From assembly GCF_000829235.1 (NCBI RefSeq), contig NZ_AP012549.1, forward strand, positions 480,001 through 512,000: DNA of 32,000 bases, in the 5' to 3' direction. Positions 19,290-28,462 of this stretch are shown piece after piece (positions within the stretch are counted from its first letter, which is position 1; every line of letters starts with the position of its first letter). Source of the stretch: a cyanobacterium endosymbiont of Epithemia turgida isolate EtSB Lake Yunoko (GTDB lineage: Bacteria > Cyanobacteriota > Cyanobacteriia > Cyanobacteriales > Microcystaceae). The notes below the pieces were generated by a model, which ran no database searches, had not been told where the DNA came from, and saw only the letters and a program-made list of their open reading frames with translations. A program made the translations under genes and the position numbers.

Positions 19290-20681
19290 TTATTGAGAAG
19301 CTACCCTATCCTGACGAGCTACACGACAAACTGCCTCAGCAACTGCTCGATACACCCTTTTATCAAACACCGAAGGGATAATATATTCGCGATTAAGTTG
19401 ACTAATATTCACCAGAGACGCAATAGTCTTAGCTGCTTCTAAATACATATGCTCAGTGATAGTTTTAGCCTGACAATCTAAAGCTCCACGAAAGATTCCG
19501 GGAAAAGCTAACACATTATTTATTTGATTGGGATAATCACTACGTCCAGTAGCTACAACTGCTACATCATCGCTTATTAATTCCGGTTGAATTTCTGGGA
19601 TAGGGTTTGCCATAGCAAATACAATGGGCTTAGTAGCCATGGATTTAACCATTTCTAGTGTCACTACCCCTGGCACACTTACGCCCAAGAATACATCAGC
19701 CCCCTGCATGGCATCTACTAAAGAGCCATTGACATTAACTGCAAATTCCCGTTTTTGAGGGTTTAAATCAGTGCGGGAATTGGAGACAAGTCCCTTAGAA
19801 TCACATAACCAAATATTAGTAGCTCCGGCAGTGCGTAATAAAGCCGCGATTGCTATCCCTGCTGCTCCAGCCCCATTAATCACAATTTGTACTGTTTCTA
19901 GGGACTTCTGGACTAATTTCAAGGCATTAATTAATGCCGCTAAACTGACAATAGCCGTTCCATGTTGATCGTCATGGAAAACTGGAATATCTAATTCCTG
20001 TTGCAGTCGCCGTTCAATCTCAAAACAACGAGGGGCAGCAATATCTTCCAAGTTTACCCCTCCAAACACTGGAGTAATGCGTTTAATAGTTTCAATAATT
20101 TCTTCAGTGTCTTGGGTGGCTAAACAGATGGGGAAAGCATCAATATCAGCAAATTCTTTAAATAACATGGCTTTTCCTTCCATGACCGGGAGGGCAGCTT
20201 CAGGACCTAAATTTCCTAATCCTAGGACTGCACTTCCATCAGTAACAACTGCTACGGTATTTTGCTTAATAGTCAGGTTAAATACTTGAGAGTGATCGTG
20301 GGCAATAGCGTTACAGATACGTCCAACCCCTGGAGTATAAGCCATGGCCAACTCAGAACTAGATTTTATGGAAATACGACTAGCAACCATGATTTTTCCC
20401 TTACTGTGGAGATCAAAGGTGCGATCAGAGACTTTGAGAATTTTAACGTTAGGAATTTCTCTAACTGCTGCTAGAATCTCCTCGGCATGTCCTTCACTCG
20501 AAGCATCTACCGTAATTTCCCTTTGGGTGATTGAACAAGTATGTTCAATTAAAGAAATTTGTTCAAAACTTCCTCCTGCTCCGGCTATTGCCTGGGTAAT
20601 GTTGGAAAGAGTTCCTACTATGTTGGGAAGTTCAATAGTTAAAGAGAGACTATAACTTGAATTGGGCTTAAGATTTGCCAT
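19290..20681 (-). CDS. NAD(P)-dependent malic enzyme with N-terminal ACT-like domain
   Basis: 463 aa with motifs AYTPGV, VVTDGSAVLGLGNLGP, FHDDQHGTA and NGAGAAGIA. The size and N-terminal ~80 aa regulatory domain match the cyanobacterial malic enzyme type. Confidence 0.9.
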   Translation of the reverse strand: MANLKPNSSYSLSLTIELPNIVGTLSNITQAIAGAGGSFEQISLIEHTCSITQREITVDASSEGHAEEILAAVREIPNVKILKVSDRTFDLHSKGKIMVASRISIKSSSELAMAYTPGVGRICNAIAHDHSQVFNLTIKQNTVAVVTDGSAVLGLGNLGPEAALPVMEGKAMLFKEFADIDAFPICLATQDTEEIIETIKRITPVFGGVNLEDIAAPRCFEIERRLQQELDIPVFHDDQHGTAIVSLAALINALKLVQKSLETVQIVINGAGAAGIAIAALLRTAGATNIWLCDSKGLVSNSRTDLNPQKREFAVNVNGSLVDAMQGADVFLGVSVPGVVTLEMVKSMATKPIVFAMANPIPEIQPELISDDVAVVATGRSDYPNQINNVLAFPGIFRGALDCQAKTITEHMYLEAAKTIASLVNISQLNREYIIPSVFDKRVYRAVAEAVCRVARQDRVASQ

Positions 20682-20954
20682 GTTTAGAAGAGTTTAGGGG
20701 TTATGAGTTACGAGCTAGGAGCCAGAGAGTTCAGTATACTAAATATGGTTTTGGGAAAAATATTTCAAAATGACGATTATAGATTTTAAGTTAATGAAAC
20801 AACTTCTTCTCTGAAGAAGAATATAGTTAACTAGAAATTTTGAAAAAAATAGAAAATTATTTACGTTACATTCAATTGAATTGCTGCCGAAGATTGATCT
20901 TCAACAACTTATTTATTGTTCTCTATATAGCCATTGCTTTTTTCATGAAATACA

Positions 20955-20992
20955 GTGAACAGTTCCAAGATTAAAAAGGAACAACTGTTCAC
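20955..20992 (-). terminator. Hairpin 16 nt downstream of the pntB stop (weak terminator candidate)
   Basis: gtgaacagtt (20955-20964) / aactgttcac (20983-20992), a 10-bp perfect stem. No clean U-tract on the minus strand. Confidence 0.3.
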
Positions 20993-21007
20993 CGATAAAA
21001 AAATAGT

Positions 21008-22438
21008 TTATAGTTGCTTCACTTGAGCCACTAACTGGGATAGCATATCTTGCGCGTTACCAAAAAGCATCATAGTTTTATCTTCGTAGAAAAGTTGATT
21101 ATCTACCCCCGCAAACCCAGTGCTAAGACCCCGCTTAATAACGATAGTATGATGAGCTTTGTCTACTTCGAGGATAGGCATTCCAAAAATAGGACTATCC
21201 TGATCGCTTTTTGCAGCAGGATTAACAACATCATTTGCTCCGATCACCAAGGCAACATCAATAGTATCAAATTCAGGGTTAATGTCCTCCATATCATGAA
21301 GTTGATTGTAAGGGACATTTGCTTCAGCTAACAGCACGTTCATATGACCAGGCATTCTTCCTGCAACAGGATGAATAGCGTATTTAACTTCTACACCCAT
21401 TTTTTCAAGTTGATTAGCCAATTCGCGCACAGTGTGTTGTGCTTGCGCTACTGCCATTCCATAACCAGGAACAATTACTACAGAACGGGCGTATCCTAAC
21501 ATCATTGCTCCTTCTTCAGGATCAATGGAGTGAACAGTCTTATCAGTTGTTTCTCCATAACTTCCACCATTAGCGGTAGTTGCTCTACCAAATGCGCCAA
21601 ATAGAACGCTTGAAAGAGAACGGTTCATAGCTTTACACATGATTTCCGTTAAAATAATTCCTGATGCTCCCACTAACGCCCCTGCAATAATGAGCATATT
21701 GTTCATTAAAATAAACCCAGCAGCACTAGCAGCTAAACCAGAAAAGGAGTTTAAGAGGGAGATAACCACGGGCATATCACCACCTCCAATGGGGAGGACA
21801 AATAATACCCCAAAGATAAGTGAAACCAAAACCAATCCCAAGAAAATAGAGATGCTAGTGGGATCTAAAAAGAGATAAATACTACCAACAATAAAGCTAA
21901 AAAATATCAGAACATTAAATGGCTGTTGTAAGGGGAAGGTAATAGGAGAACCACTTACTACCCCTTGTAATTTTCCAAAAGCTAATAAACTTCCAGTTAG
22001 GGTAATACCGCCGACAAAAACCCCTAAAATTGCTACTATAGTCGCCTCAATGGGGATAGTCTTTTCAACTTCTAATAACCGCCAAAATTCTCCAACGGCA
22101 ATTAAAGCACTAGCTGCTCCTCCTAGCCCGTTGAAAATACCTACCATTTGGGGCATAGCTGTCATAGCAACTTTTTGGGCGGTAATCCCCCCGATAAGTG
22201 AACCAATTACCACACTAATCAAAATCATTTGATAGTTAACCACTGACTGATTAATCATGGTGGCAACAATAGCCAGCAGCATTCCAAATGAAGCAATAAT
22301 GTTACCCCGACGGGCAGTTGCCGGAGAGCCTAGTTGTTTTAACCCTATAATAAAAAAGGCGGCGGCGGTTAAATAGGCTAATTCGATGCCAGTAGTTAAT
22401 CCTGACAGTATATCCCTACATAAAGTTGTATCATTCAC
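21008..22438 (-). CDS. pntB: NAD(P) transhydrogenase subunit beta
   Basis: 476 aa, a multi-TM N-terminal part plus dIII motifs GYGMAVAQAQH, HPVAGRMPGHMNVLLAEA and GANDVVNPAA. Confidence 0.95.
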   Translation of the reverse strand: MNDTTLCRDILSGLTTGIELAYLTAAAFFIIGLKQLGSPATARRGNIIASFGMLLAIVATMINQSVVNYQMILISVVIGSLIGGITAQKVAMTAMPQMVGIFNGLGGAASALIAVGEFWRLLEVEKTIPIEATIVAILGVFVGGITLTGSLLAFGKLQGVVSGSPITFPLQQPFNVLIFFSFIVGSIYLFLDPTSISIFLGLVLVSLIFGVLFVLPIGGGDMPVVISLLNSFSGLAASAAGFILMNNMLIIAGALVGASGIILTEIMCKAMNRSLSSVLFGAFGRATTANGGSYGETTDKTVHSIDPEEGAMMLGYARSVVIVPGYGMAVAQAQHTVRELANQLEKMGVEVKYAIHPVAGRMPGHMNVLLAEANVPYNQLHDMEDINPEFDTIDVALVIGANDVVNPAAKSDQDSPIFGMPILEVDKAHHTIVIKRGLSTGFAGVDNQLFYEDKTMMLFGNAQDMLSQLVAQVKQL

Positions 22439-22444
22439 AGTTAT

Positions 22445-22732
22445 CTATGCTCCCTTCTTTTTAAACATCTGCAACATACGGTCAGTCACTAAAAACCCAC
22501 CCACAACGTTAATAATAGCGAGAACAACGGCGATTAAGCCCAAAACAACGGTAATACTCCACTCTTTAGGTCCGGCAATTAGTAACGCCCCAACAACGGC
22601 AATACCTGAAATTGCATTAGCCCCTGACATTAGAGGAGTATGCAGAGTAGGAGGAACTTTATTAATTACCTCAAATCCCACAAATGAGGCCAAAACAAAT
22701 ACCACTAAACCAACCAACAGTCCAGTTGTCAT
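22445..22732 (-). CDS. pntA: NAD(P) transhydrogenase subunit alpha part 2 (membrane part)
   Basis: I prefer the internal ATG at 22732 (MTTGLLVG...), which gives the usual ~95 aa. Conserved HTPLMSGANAISGI. The stop lies 6 nt before the pntB start. The 25-codon upstream extension in the ORF track looks non-coding. Confidence 0.85.
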   Translation of the reverse strand: MTTGLLVGLVVFVLASFVGFEVINKVPPTLHTPLMSGANAISGIAVVGALLIAGPKEWSITVVLGLIAVVLAIINVVGGFLVTDRMLQMFKKKGA

Positions 22733-22840
22733 AAATAATTTCACTCCTAAGCAGGATTCAGAATTATGATATTGATGAGATAAAAACTCTAAACTTGATC
22801 TGTTCAAACTGTTGCCTTTTTCCTTCCCGACAGGCTACCC

Positions 22841-23998
22841 TTAGGCTTTCACCAAACGGAATAGAGCTTCTTTTACTTTGGGATGGCGCAATTGTCCTTC
22901 ATGGGTAACACAAGCTCCATCAATTATGTCATCGTCAAAATCAAGCTGCATTACTCCGTCTCTAACTAGATATTTCACCAATGTCAAGAGATTCTTTGCA
23001 TAAACTTGGCTAGCATTAACAGGAAGACTAGATGGTAAGTTCAAGGGTCCAATCACATTAACCCCGTTGTAACAAACATTTTTTCCAGGTTCAGTACAAG
23101 CGCAGTTACCTCCACGATCAGCTGCAATATCGACAATCATTGAGCCGATTTTCATTTCTGCGACCATTTCCTCGGAAATAATAACGGGAGCTCGTTTTCC
23201 TTGAACTTGAGCAGTTGTGATCACTACATCGGACTTTTTAACATGCTCAGTTAATACCTGACGAATAAGTTCTTGGGTATTCTGGGTAACTTCCTTGGCA
23301 TAACCCCCTGTAGTGGTAGTATTCTCTTGTATGGGAATTTCCACAAATTTAGCCCCAACACTTTGTACTTCCTCTTTGACGCCAGGACGAATATCAAACG
23401 CTTCCACTACAGCCCCTAAACGACGTGCAGTGGCGATTGCCTGTAATCCTGCAACTCCTGCCCCAATTACTAAAACTTTAGCGGGGGGAATGGTTCCAGC
23501 AGCCGTTGTCATCATAGGAAACAGTCGGGGGAGAGAAGCTGAAGCGATTAGAACAGATTTGTAACCGGCAATATTGGCTTGAGATGAAAGAGCATCCATA
23601 CTTTGAGCGCGACTAGTACGAGGGATTAACTCCATGCTAAAAGCAGTGATTTGACGCTGTGCTAATTCCTGAATTTTCTCTGGGTTTCCCAGGGGGTCAA
23701 GGAAACTGATTATCTTAGCTCCTGATTTAAGCCAATCCATTTCCATTTTTCCATGCTGTTCCCCTGGAGGAGCAACTTTGAGGAGGATATCGGCTTCTCC
23801 CCACAATTGTTCTGGAGAACTAATGATCTGTGCTCCTGCTGCCGTGTATTCAGCATCGGTAAAATGACCTCCAAGTCCTGCTCCTGATTGAACCAATACC
23901 TCAAATCCTAATTTGATAAAACGGGCGACGGTATCGGGAACTAGAGCTACTCGCAATTCTCCTATTTCACTTTCCTTCGGAACAGCAATTTTGGTCAT
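22841..23998 (-). CDS. pntA: NAD(P) transhydrogenase subunit alpha part 1 (dI, NAD(H)-binding)
   Basis: I chose the start MTKIAVPKE (ATG at 23998) by analogy with PntAA N-termini (MKIAIPKE). Rossmann motif VIGAGVAGLQAIATARRLGA and the segment RAQSMDALSSQANIAGY. 385 aa. Confidence 0.9.
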   Translation of the reverse strand: MTKIAVPKESEIGELRVALVPDTVARFIKLGFEVLVQSGAGLGGHFTDAEYTAAGAQIISSPEQLWGEADILLKVAPPGEQHGKMEMDWLKSGAKIISFLDPLGNPEKIQELAQRQITAFSMELIPRTSRAQSMDALSSQANIAGYKSVLIASASLPRLFPMMTTAAGTIPPAKVLVIGAGVAGLQAIATARRLGAVVEAFDIRPGVKEEVQSVGAKFVEIPIQENTTTTGGYAKEVTQNTQELIRQVLTEHVKKSDVVITTAQVQGKRAPVIISEEMVAEMKIGSMIVDIAADRGGNCACTEPGKNVCYNGVNVIGPLNLPSSLPVNASQVYAKNLLTLVKYLVRDGVMQLDFDDDIIDGACVTHEGQLRHPKVKEALFRLVKA

Positions 23999-24459
23999 GC
24001 TCAACTTTCCTTCTATAATGTTATCGGTTAAAAAAGGCATTCCTAATATTTTGATGGTTATCTCTTGGTTAAGAGCAAACCTTAAACCCTTCTTCGTTTT
24101 TGAAGACGTTTGCTTCATAAAGTTTAGCAAAACTTGATTAGTATTTTACCGTCAGTGTAATTAACCACACTTTGATTGAGTTTTAAATAAACTTTAATCC
24201 TACTTCTATTCCATAGATGGTAGCCTATGGAGAAACATGTAACTATAACTCAATAATTTAAATTAATAAATTTTTTCTCATCACTAATTATTCTTGAGAA
24301 GAAAAAAATCTATCATTATCATTGAATTTTATGTCAAAAACTCATTAGTTATTTTTTAAATAGAAGCTAATTTTTTTTACAAAAAAATTGTAATAAAATG
24401 AGTGTAATTTAATAGGTTAACTTTTTTAAAGTATAGTATGTTAAGATTGAGTCTAGAGA

Positions 24460-24493
24460 CAAGATTACTTTAGTTCTTAATAAAGTAATCTTG
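24460..24493. promoter_or_regulatory. 13-bp perfect inverted repeat about 110 nt upstream of modA (candidate operator or 5' structure)
   Basis: caagattacttta (24460-24472) / taaagtaatcttg (24481-24493) with an 8-nt loop, in the divergent pntA-modA intergenic region. Confidence 0.25.
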
Positions 24494-24603
24494 CATAGTT
24501 AAAAATTGTTTAACTAAATAATTATAAAGAACAAATAAACTATTTTTGTTTTCTATGACATAACTGTTTAAGTTGATTATTTTAGGAGCTAAAAAGATAA
24601 ATT

Positions 24604-25389
24604 ATGATCATAAACAGGAGAAAATTTATAGTTTTTATTTTAGCAATTTTGACGACAGCTTGTACAGATTTTAATTCATCTAAAAAACAATCAAAAATTA
24701 ATTTAACTATCTCAGTTGCATCTAGTGTTCAGGATGTAATGAAGGATATTCGAGTCCTTTATCGAAAGGAAAACCCAAATGTTTATGTTGACTATAATTT
24801 TGGTTCCTCTGGTTCGTTGCAGCAACAAATTGAACAGGGAGCACCAACTGATATTTTTCTTTCTGCGGCTCCTAAACAAATGGATGCTCTGCAAAGAAAA
24901 GAGCTGCTGTTAACAGAAACTAGACAAGATTTACTAAAAAATAGAGTTGTTTTAATTGTTCTTAAAGATACAAATAATAATGCAACTTTCGAAAGCTTAA
25001 ACAATGCTGAGTTTAAAAAAGTTGTTTTGGGAGACCCTGGCAGTGTTCCTGCTGGACAGTATGGAAAAGAAGTTTTAAGTTTTTTAGAACTATACAAAAA
25101 AATTGATTCTAAGTTAGTTTTTGGGAAAAATACTCGTCAGATTTTATTTTATGTAGAAACAGGTAATGCTGATGCAGGATTGGTCTATAAAACTGATGTT
25201 AGAATTTCTGACAAAGTTAAAATAGTAGATACAGCTCCTGAAAATTGTCATTCTCCAATTATTTATCCTATTTCTGTTATTAAACAAAGTAAACATCCAG
25301 AAGAAGCTAAAAAGTTTATAGAATTTCTTTTTAGTGAGAAAGTAAAATATATTTTTAAAAATTATGGATTTAGCTTAGTGAAAGATTAA
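24604..25389 (+). CDS. modA: Molybdate ABC transporter substrate-binding lipoprotein
   Basis: 261 aa. Lipoprotein signal with lipobox LTTAC. ModA signature FGSSGSLQQQIEQGAPTDIFLSA, plus GDPGSVPAGQYGKE. No modB or modC adjacent. Confidence 0.85.
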   Translation: MIINRRKFIVFILAILTTACTDFNSSKKQSKINLTISVASSVQDVMKDIRVLYRKENPNVYVDYNFGSSGSLQQQIEQGAPTDIFLSAAPKQMDALQRKELLLTETRQDLLKNRVVLIVLKDTNNNATFESLNNAEFKKVVLGDPGSVPAGQYGKEVLSFLELYKKIDSKLVFGKNTRQILFYVETGNADAGLVYKTDVRISDKVKIVDTAPENCHSPIIYPISVIKQSKHPEEAKKFIEFLFSEKVKYIFKNYGFSLVKD

Positions 25390-25408
25390 GTCCATGATAA
25401 ATATTCTT

Positions 25409-26395
25409 CTATTCTAGCTTGTTCCAGACAATTTGGAGAAGTTCCTCTAATCTTGTTCTTGTTACTGCAGAAATGGTGATAATTGGGTATGAATTAAGAT
25501 TTTCTAATTCTGTTTTAATGGTTTGAACAGTTTCCTCATCTGCCGCATCTACTTTGTTAAGAGCAAGAATCTGGGGACGATTGTTTAACCCTCTGCCATA
25601 AGCGTTTAATTCCTCTTGAATAATCTGATAATCAGCAATCGGATTGCTGGAAGTTACATCTACTAAATGCAATAATAGACGAGTTCGTTCAATATGGCGC
25701 AGAAATTCATGTCCTAACCCAATTCCTTCATGAGCACCTTCAATTAACCCTGGAATGTCTGCAAATACTGTTCCGTCTCCTGTAGGTTTACGCACCACTC
25801 CTAAATTGGGAACTAGAGTAGTAAAAGGATAATCGGCAATTTTAGGACGGGCTGCCGACAATGCAGCCATCAAGGTAGATTTTCCTGCGTTAGGTAAGCC
25901 TATAATCCCTACTTCGGCTAGTAATTTTAGCTCGAGGCGTAACCAGCGATGTTCCCCTGGTAATCCATCGAGGGCATAGTCAGGGGCGCGATTTTGGTTA
26001 CTGAGGAAGTGTTTGTTTCCCAATCCCCCCTTACCTCCAGCCACTACACAGAGAGTTTGTCCTTTTTCTACTAGGTCTCCCAAAATTTCTTCGGTTTCCC
26101 CATCGTAGATAAGAGTTCCACAAGGAACTTCTATGATACAGTTTTTGCCATTGGCTCCTGTCCGATTGCTAGGTCCGCCTCGTTTCCCATCATCGGCCTT
26201 AAAACGACGCGCATAAGAAAAGTCCAGTAAAGTTTGTAGATTTTGATTAGCTACGAGAATAACTGAGCCTCCCCATCCTCCATTACCTCCTGCAGGTCCT
26301 CCAGCCGGAACATATTTTTCTCGTCGGAAGGCAACTGTACCATCCCCTCCTTTGCCTGCTTCAACTTCGATCTCAGCTTGGTCAATAAATTGCAT
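25409..26395 (-). CDS. obg: GTPase Obg/CgtA
   Basis: [19 protein letters not shown] Obg fold, with G1 [10 protein letters not shown]3 DIPGLIEGA and G4 NKVD. 328 aa. Confidence 0.95.
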   Translation of the reverse strand: MQFIDQAEIEVEAGKGGDGTVAFRREKYVPAGGPAGGNGGWGGSVILVANQNLQTLLDFSYARRFKADDGKRGGPSNRTGANGKNCIIEVPCGTLIYDGETEEILGDLVEKGQTLCVVAGGKGGLGNKHFLSNQNRAPDYALDGLPGEHRWLRLELKLLAEVGIIGLPNAGKSTLMAALSAARPKIADYPFTTLVPNLGVVRKPTGDGTVFADIPGLIEGAHEGIGLGHEFLRHIERTRLLLHLVDVTSSNPIADYQIIQEELNAYGRGLNNRPQILALNKVDAADEETVQTIKTELENLNSYPIITISAVTRTRLEELLQIVWNKLE

Positions 26396-26482
26396 ATAAA
26401 ATTATTGTTGTAAATCCCTAAATATTTCTTTTTAAAGGGTCAACACCTGTCGACCCTTTAGTGAGTTGATTGTTTACTTATT

Positions 26483-27184
26483 CTAAACGTACTCTGAGAT
26501 ATCTTCTTTACAATTATCAGACAAATAGCATAAAGCACGAAAACGCAACCCGACTAGTTGTTCATAGAGAGGATTAAGTTTACATAAAGCAGGAATGTGA
26601 ACAATTTTATGTCCAAAAAGCTTAATGTCTCGTTCAAAGGGACATTGAGAAGGGACCATCTTACAAATAAATCTAGCAAGGCGAGGGTCATGAATCTCCA
26701 TTCCATCGAGCCATTCCTTGAGAGGATGTAAAAGATCAGGATGGGGATAAGGAGGACTTGATAAAGAGATAGCTGCCCCGCTGCCAGCCTGTGCTTGTGG
26801 GTGTTCTTTCAGAGAATTGCACAGGGTATGTTCTAAGGATTTGAAGGCTTCTATTTTGAGTCCTAAAGCATCACTAAACTGATGTAATAACTCTGCTTCG
26901 GAGGGGGAGTAAATTCCATCAGCAATTGCTACTAAAACTGCGGTTCTTAAGAAATTTTCGGACGTATTTTGATCAGAACCTAATGCTCTGGCTAATTTTT
27001 TAGGAGTGATCGCGCTAAAAGCTACATCTGTTGTATCTTCTAAGGCTAAATCTTGAATAAGTTGAGAGATTAGATCTTGTTCTTCGGGATCATAATGCCC
27101 GTCAACCCAGGCAATAGTTAGTAAACCTTGTAGCCAAGCAGCAATTTGAGTTTCAGTGTAAGAAGATTGAGCAACGCCAGCCAT
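26483..27184 (-). CDS. TerB-like N-terminal domain fused to Mo-dependent nitrogenase C-terminal domain (Mo-nitro_C, PF06967-like); function unknown
   Basis: Two TerB-style repeats are present (TIAWVDGHYDPEEQDLI and LVAIADGIYSPSEAELL). The C-terminal ~80 aa, WLDGMEIHDPRLARFICKMVPSQCPFERDIKLFGHKIVHIPALCKLNPLYEQLVGLRFRALCYL with four Cys, matches my recollection of the cyanobacterial Mo-nitro_C family. Confidence 0.6.
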   Translation of the reverse strand: MAGVAQSSYTETQIAAWLQGLLTIAWVDGHYDPEEQDLISQLIQDLALEDTTDVAFSAITPKKLARALGSDQNTSENFLRTAVLVAIADGIYSPSEAELLHQFSDALGLKIEAFKSLEHTLCNSLKEHPQAQAGSGAAISLSSPPYPHPDLLHPLKEWLDGMEIHDPRLARFICKMVPSQCPFERDIKLFGHKIVHIPALCKLNPLYEQLVGLRFRALCYLSDNCKEDISEYV

Positions 27185-27211
27185 AATAATATTCTAATTC
27201 AACACATTAAG

Positions 27212-27272
27212 TAAGGGATAGAGACAGTCGATTGCACGATAAAGAATTAGTTTTTTCTCTCTCTATCCCTTA
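27212..27272. other. 13-bp perfect inverted repeat with 35-nt loop between the ldt pseudogene and the TerB-like gene
   Basis: taagggatagaga (27212-27224) / tctctatccctta (27260-27272). Confidence 0.5.
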
Positions 27273-27295
27273 TAAGTTTAACTTTGCACGTCACC

Positions 27296-27885
27296 CTATG
27301 GTTGAACAATCACCGAAATTCCTTTATTTACCAATTTGGATAAAGCTTTTACATTAATATTCTTCATACGAACACAACCGTGAGAAACTGCTTGACCGCT
27401 CAAATGTTTTCCATTCGATGAAACCCAATATAATCCTTTCTGTTCGTCCAAAAGCCAATCCAACTTTCTCCGAGAGGGCTGTTTATCCCTGGCGCACTTA
27501 TTTTCCTATTCCAAGGATTTTCCCCTTTTGGTTTTTTTATCATTTGAATGATTTTAAATTTCCCTTGTGGGGTCTCCCAACCTTTTTTACCGATTGCTAC
27601 TCGATAACTGGCTAACAGTTGATTATTTTGATATGCGTACACCTTACGCTCTTTTAACTTCAGTACTAAACGTGTTTCTAATACTTTAGTTTCTGCCAGG
27701 GTTGCTTTGTCGGCTAGACTAGCTTCTACTAAAAGCGTAATGGGAGAAGTAGGGGGGTTTTTCGTTTCTGTCTTTAATGGTGCAACCGCTTTTCCTGCAC
27801 CGACCTACTTACTGATCAAGGATACGGGTCAAAAAAGACTCCCACCAGTTAAGGTCAATAATATTAAAATTTGTTTAAACTTTAT
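27296..27885 (-). pseudogene. L,D-transpeptidase (YkuD family) pseudogene
   Basis: The catalytic motif SHGCVRM and C-terminus are read in one frame (27298-27415). The upstream YRVAIGKKGWETPQGKF...IGFH part is in another frame, implying a 1-nt frameshift near 27415-27420. In-frame TAG at 27805-27807 and TGA at 27829-27831 (both on the minus strand). The signal-peptide-like N-terminus KFKQILILLTLTGGSLF is preceded by ATA (27883-27885) where ATG is expected. Confidence 0.85.
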
Positions 27886-28462
27886 TTTTTTACAGTTCTA
27901 TGTAAACTTCCAATAGTTAGTTGGTAAACAAGAATCGCAGTAGCCCTCCAACATTTTAGAAGATATCTCAGACAATATAATCTAAATTGAATATTATTTT
28001 TTCCATAGTTTATTTTCCATCTTCCCAACTACACTTTATCTGTACATCTCCAAACCTGCTGCCCTAATTATTTCACTGCGTAAACTTTTAAGATAACTAG
28101 CGCATAAAAATGGTGTCAATGAGTTAGGCAACAACTTTATTTTTTAACTTTAAAGTAATGAAAACTAATATCAGTTATAGGGGTTTTTCTCTATTTCTCC
28201 ATTCAACTATAGCCACAATATGAGTGTTATTGATCTAATGAAAATTATTGAATTTTCGTATAGCAAAAGGCTTTTTATTAGTTTTCATTTAGATAAGCTT
28301 AGTTCTTTTGAATATTATATAGTGAGGATTATGTGGTAAGGGTAAGCAACAAAACTATAAAGTTTATCCAACAAATGAACAAACATAAATTATGGACTTT
28401 TTTTGATAAGGGATAGTACAATAGCAACCGTTACCAAAAATTCCGGTGTGAGCGTTAATTTA

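Noticed and set aside
22733-22807. N-terminal extensions of the pntA part 2 ORF (25 codons) and of the pntA part 1 ORF (44 codons, 23999-24130) in the ORF track.
   Set aside because: The internal ATGs give the canonical N-termini (MTTGLL..., MTKIAVPKE...) and the canonical lengths. The extensions have spacer-like composition.
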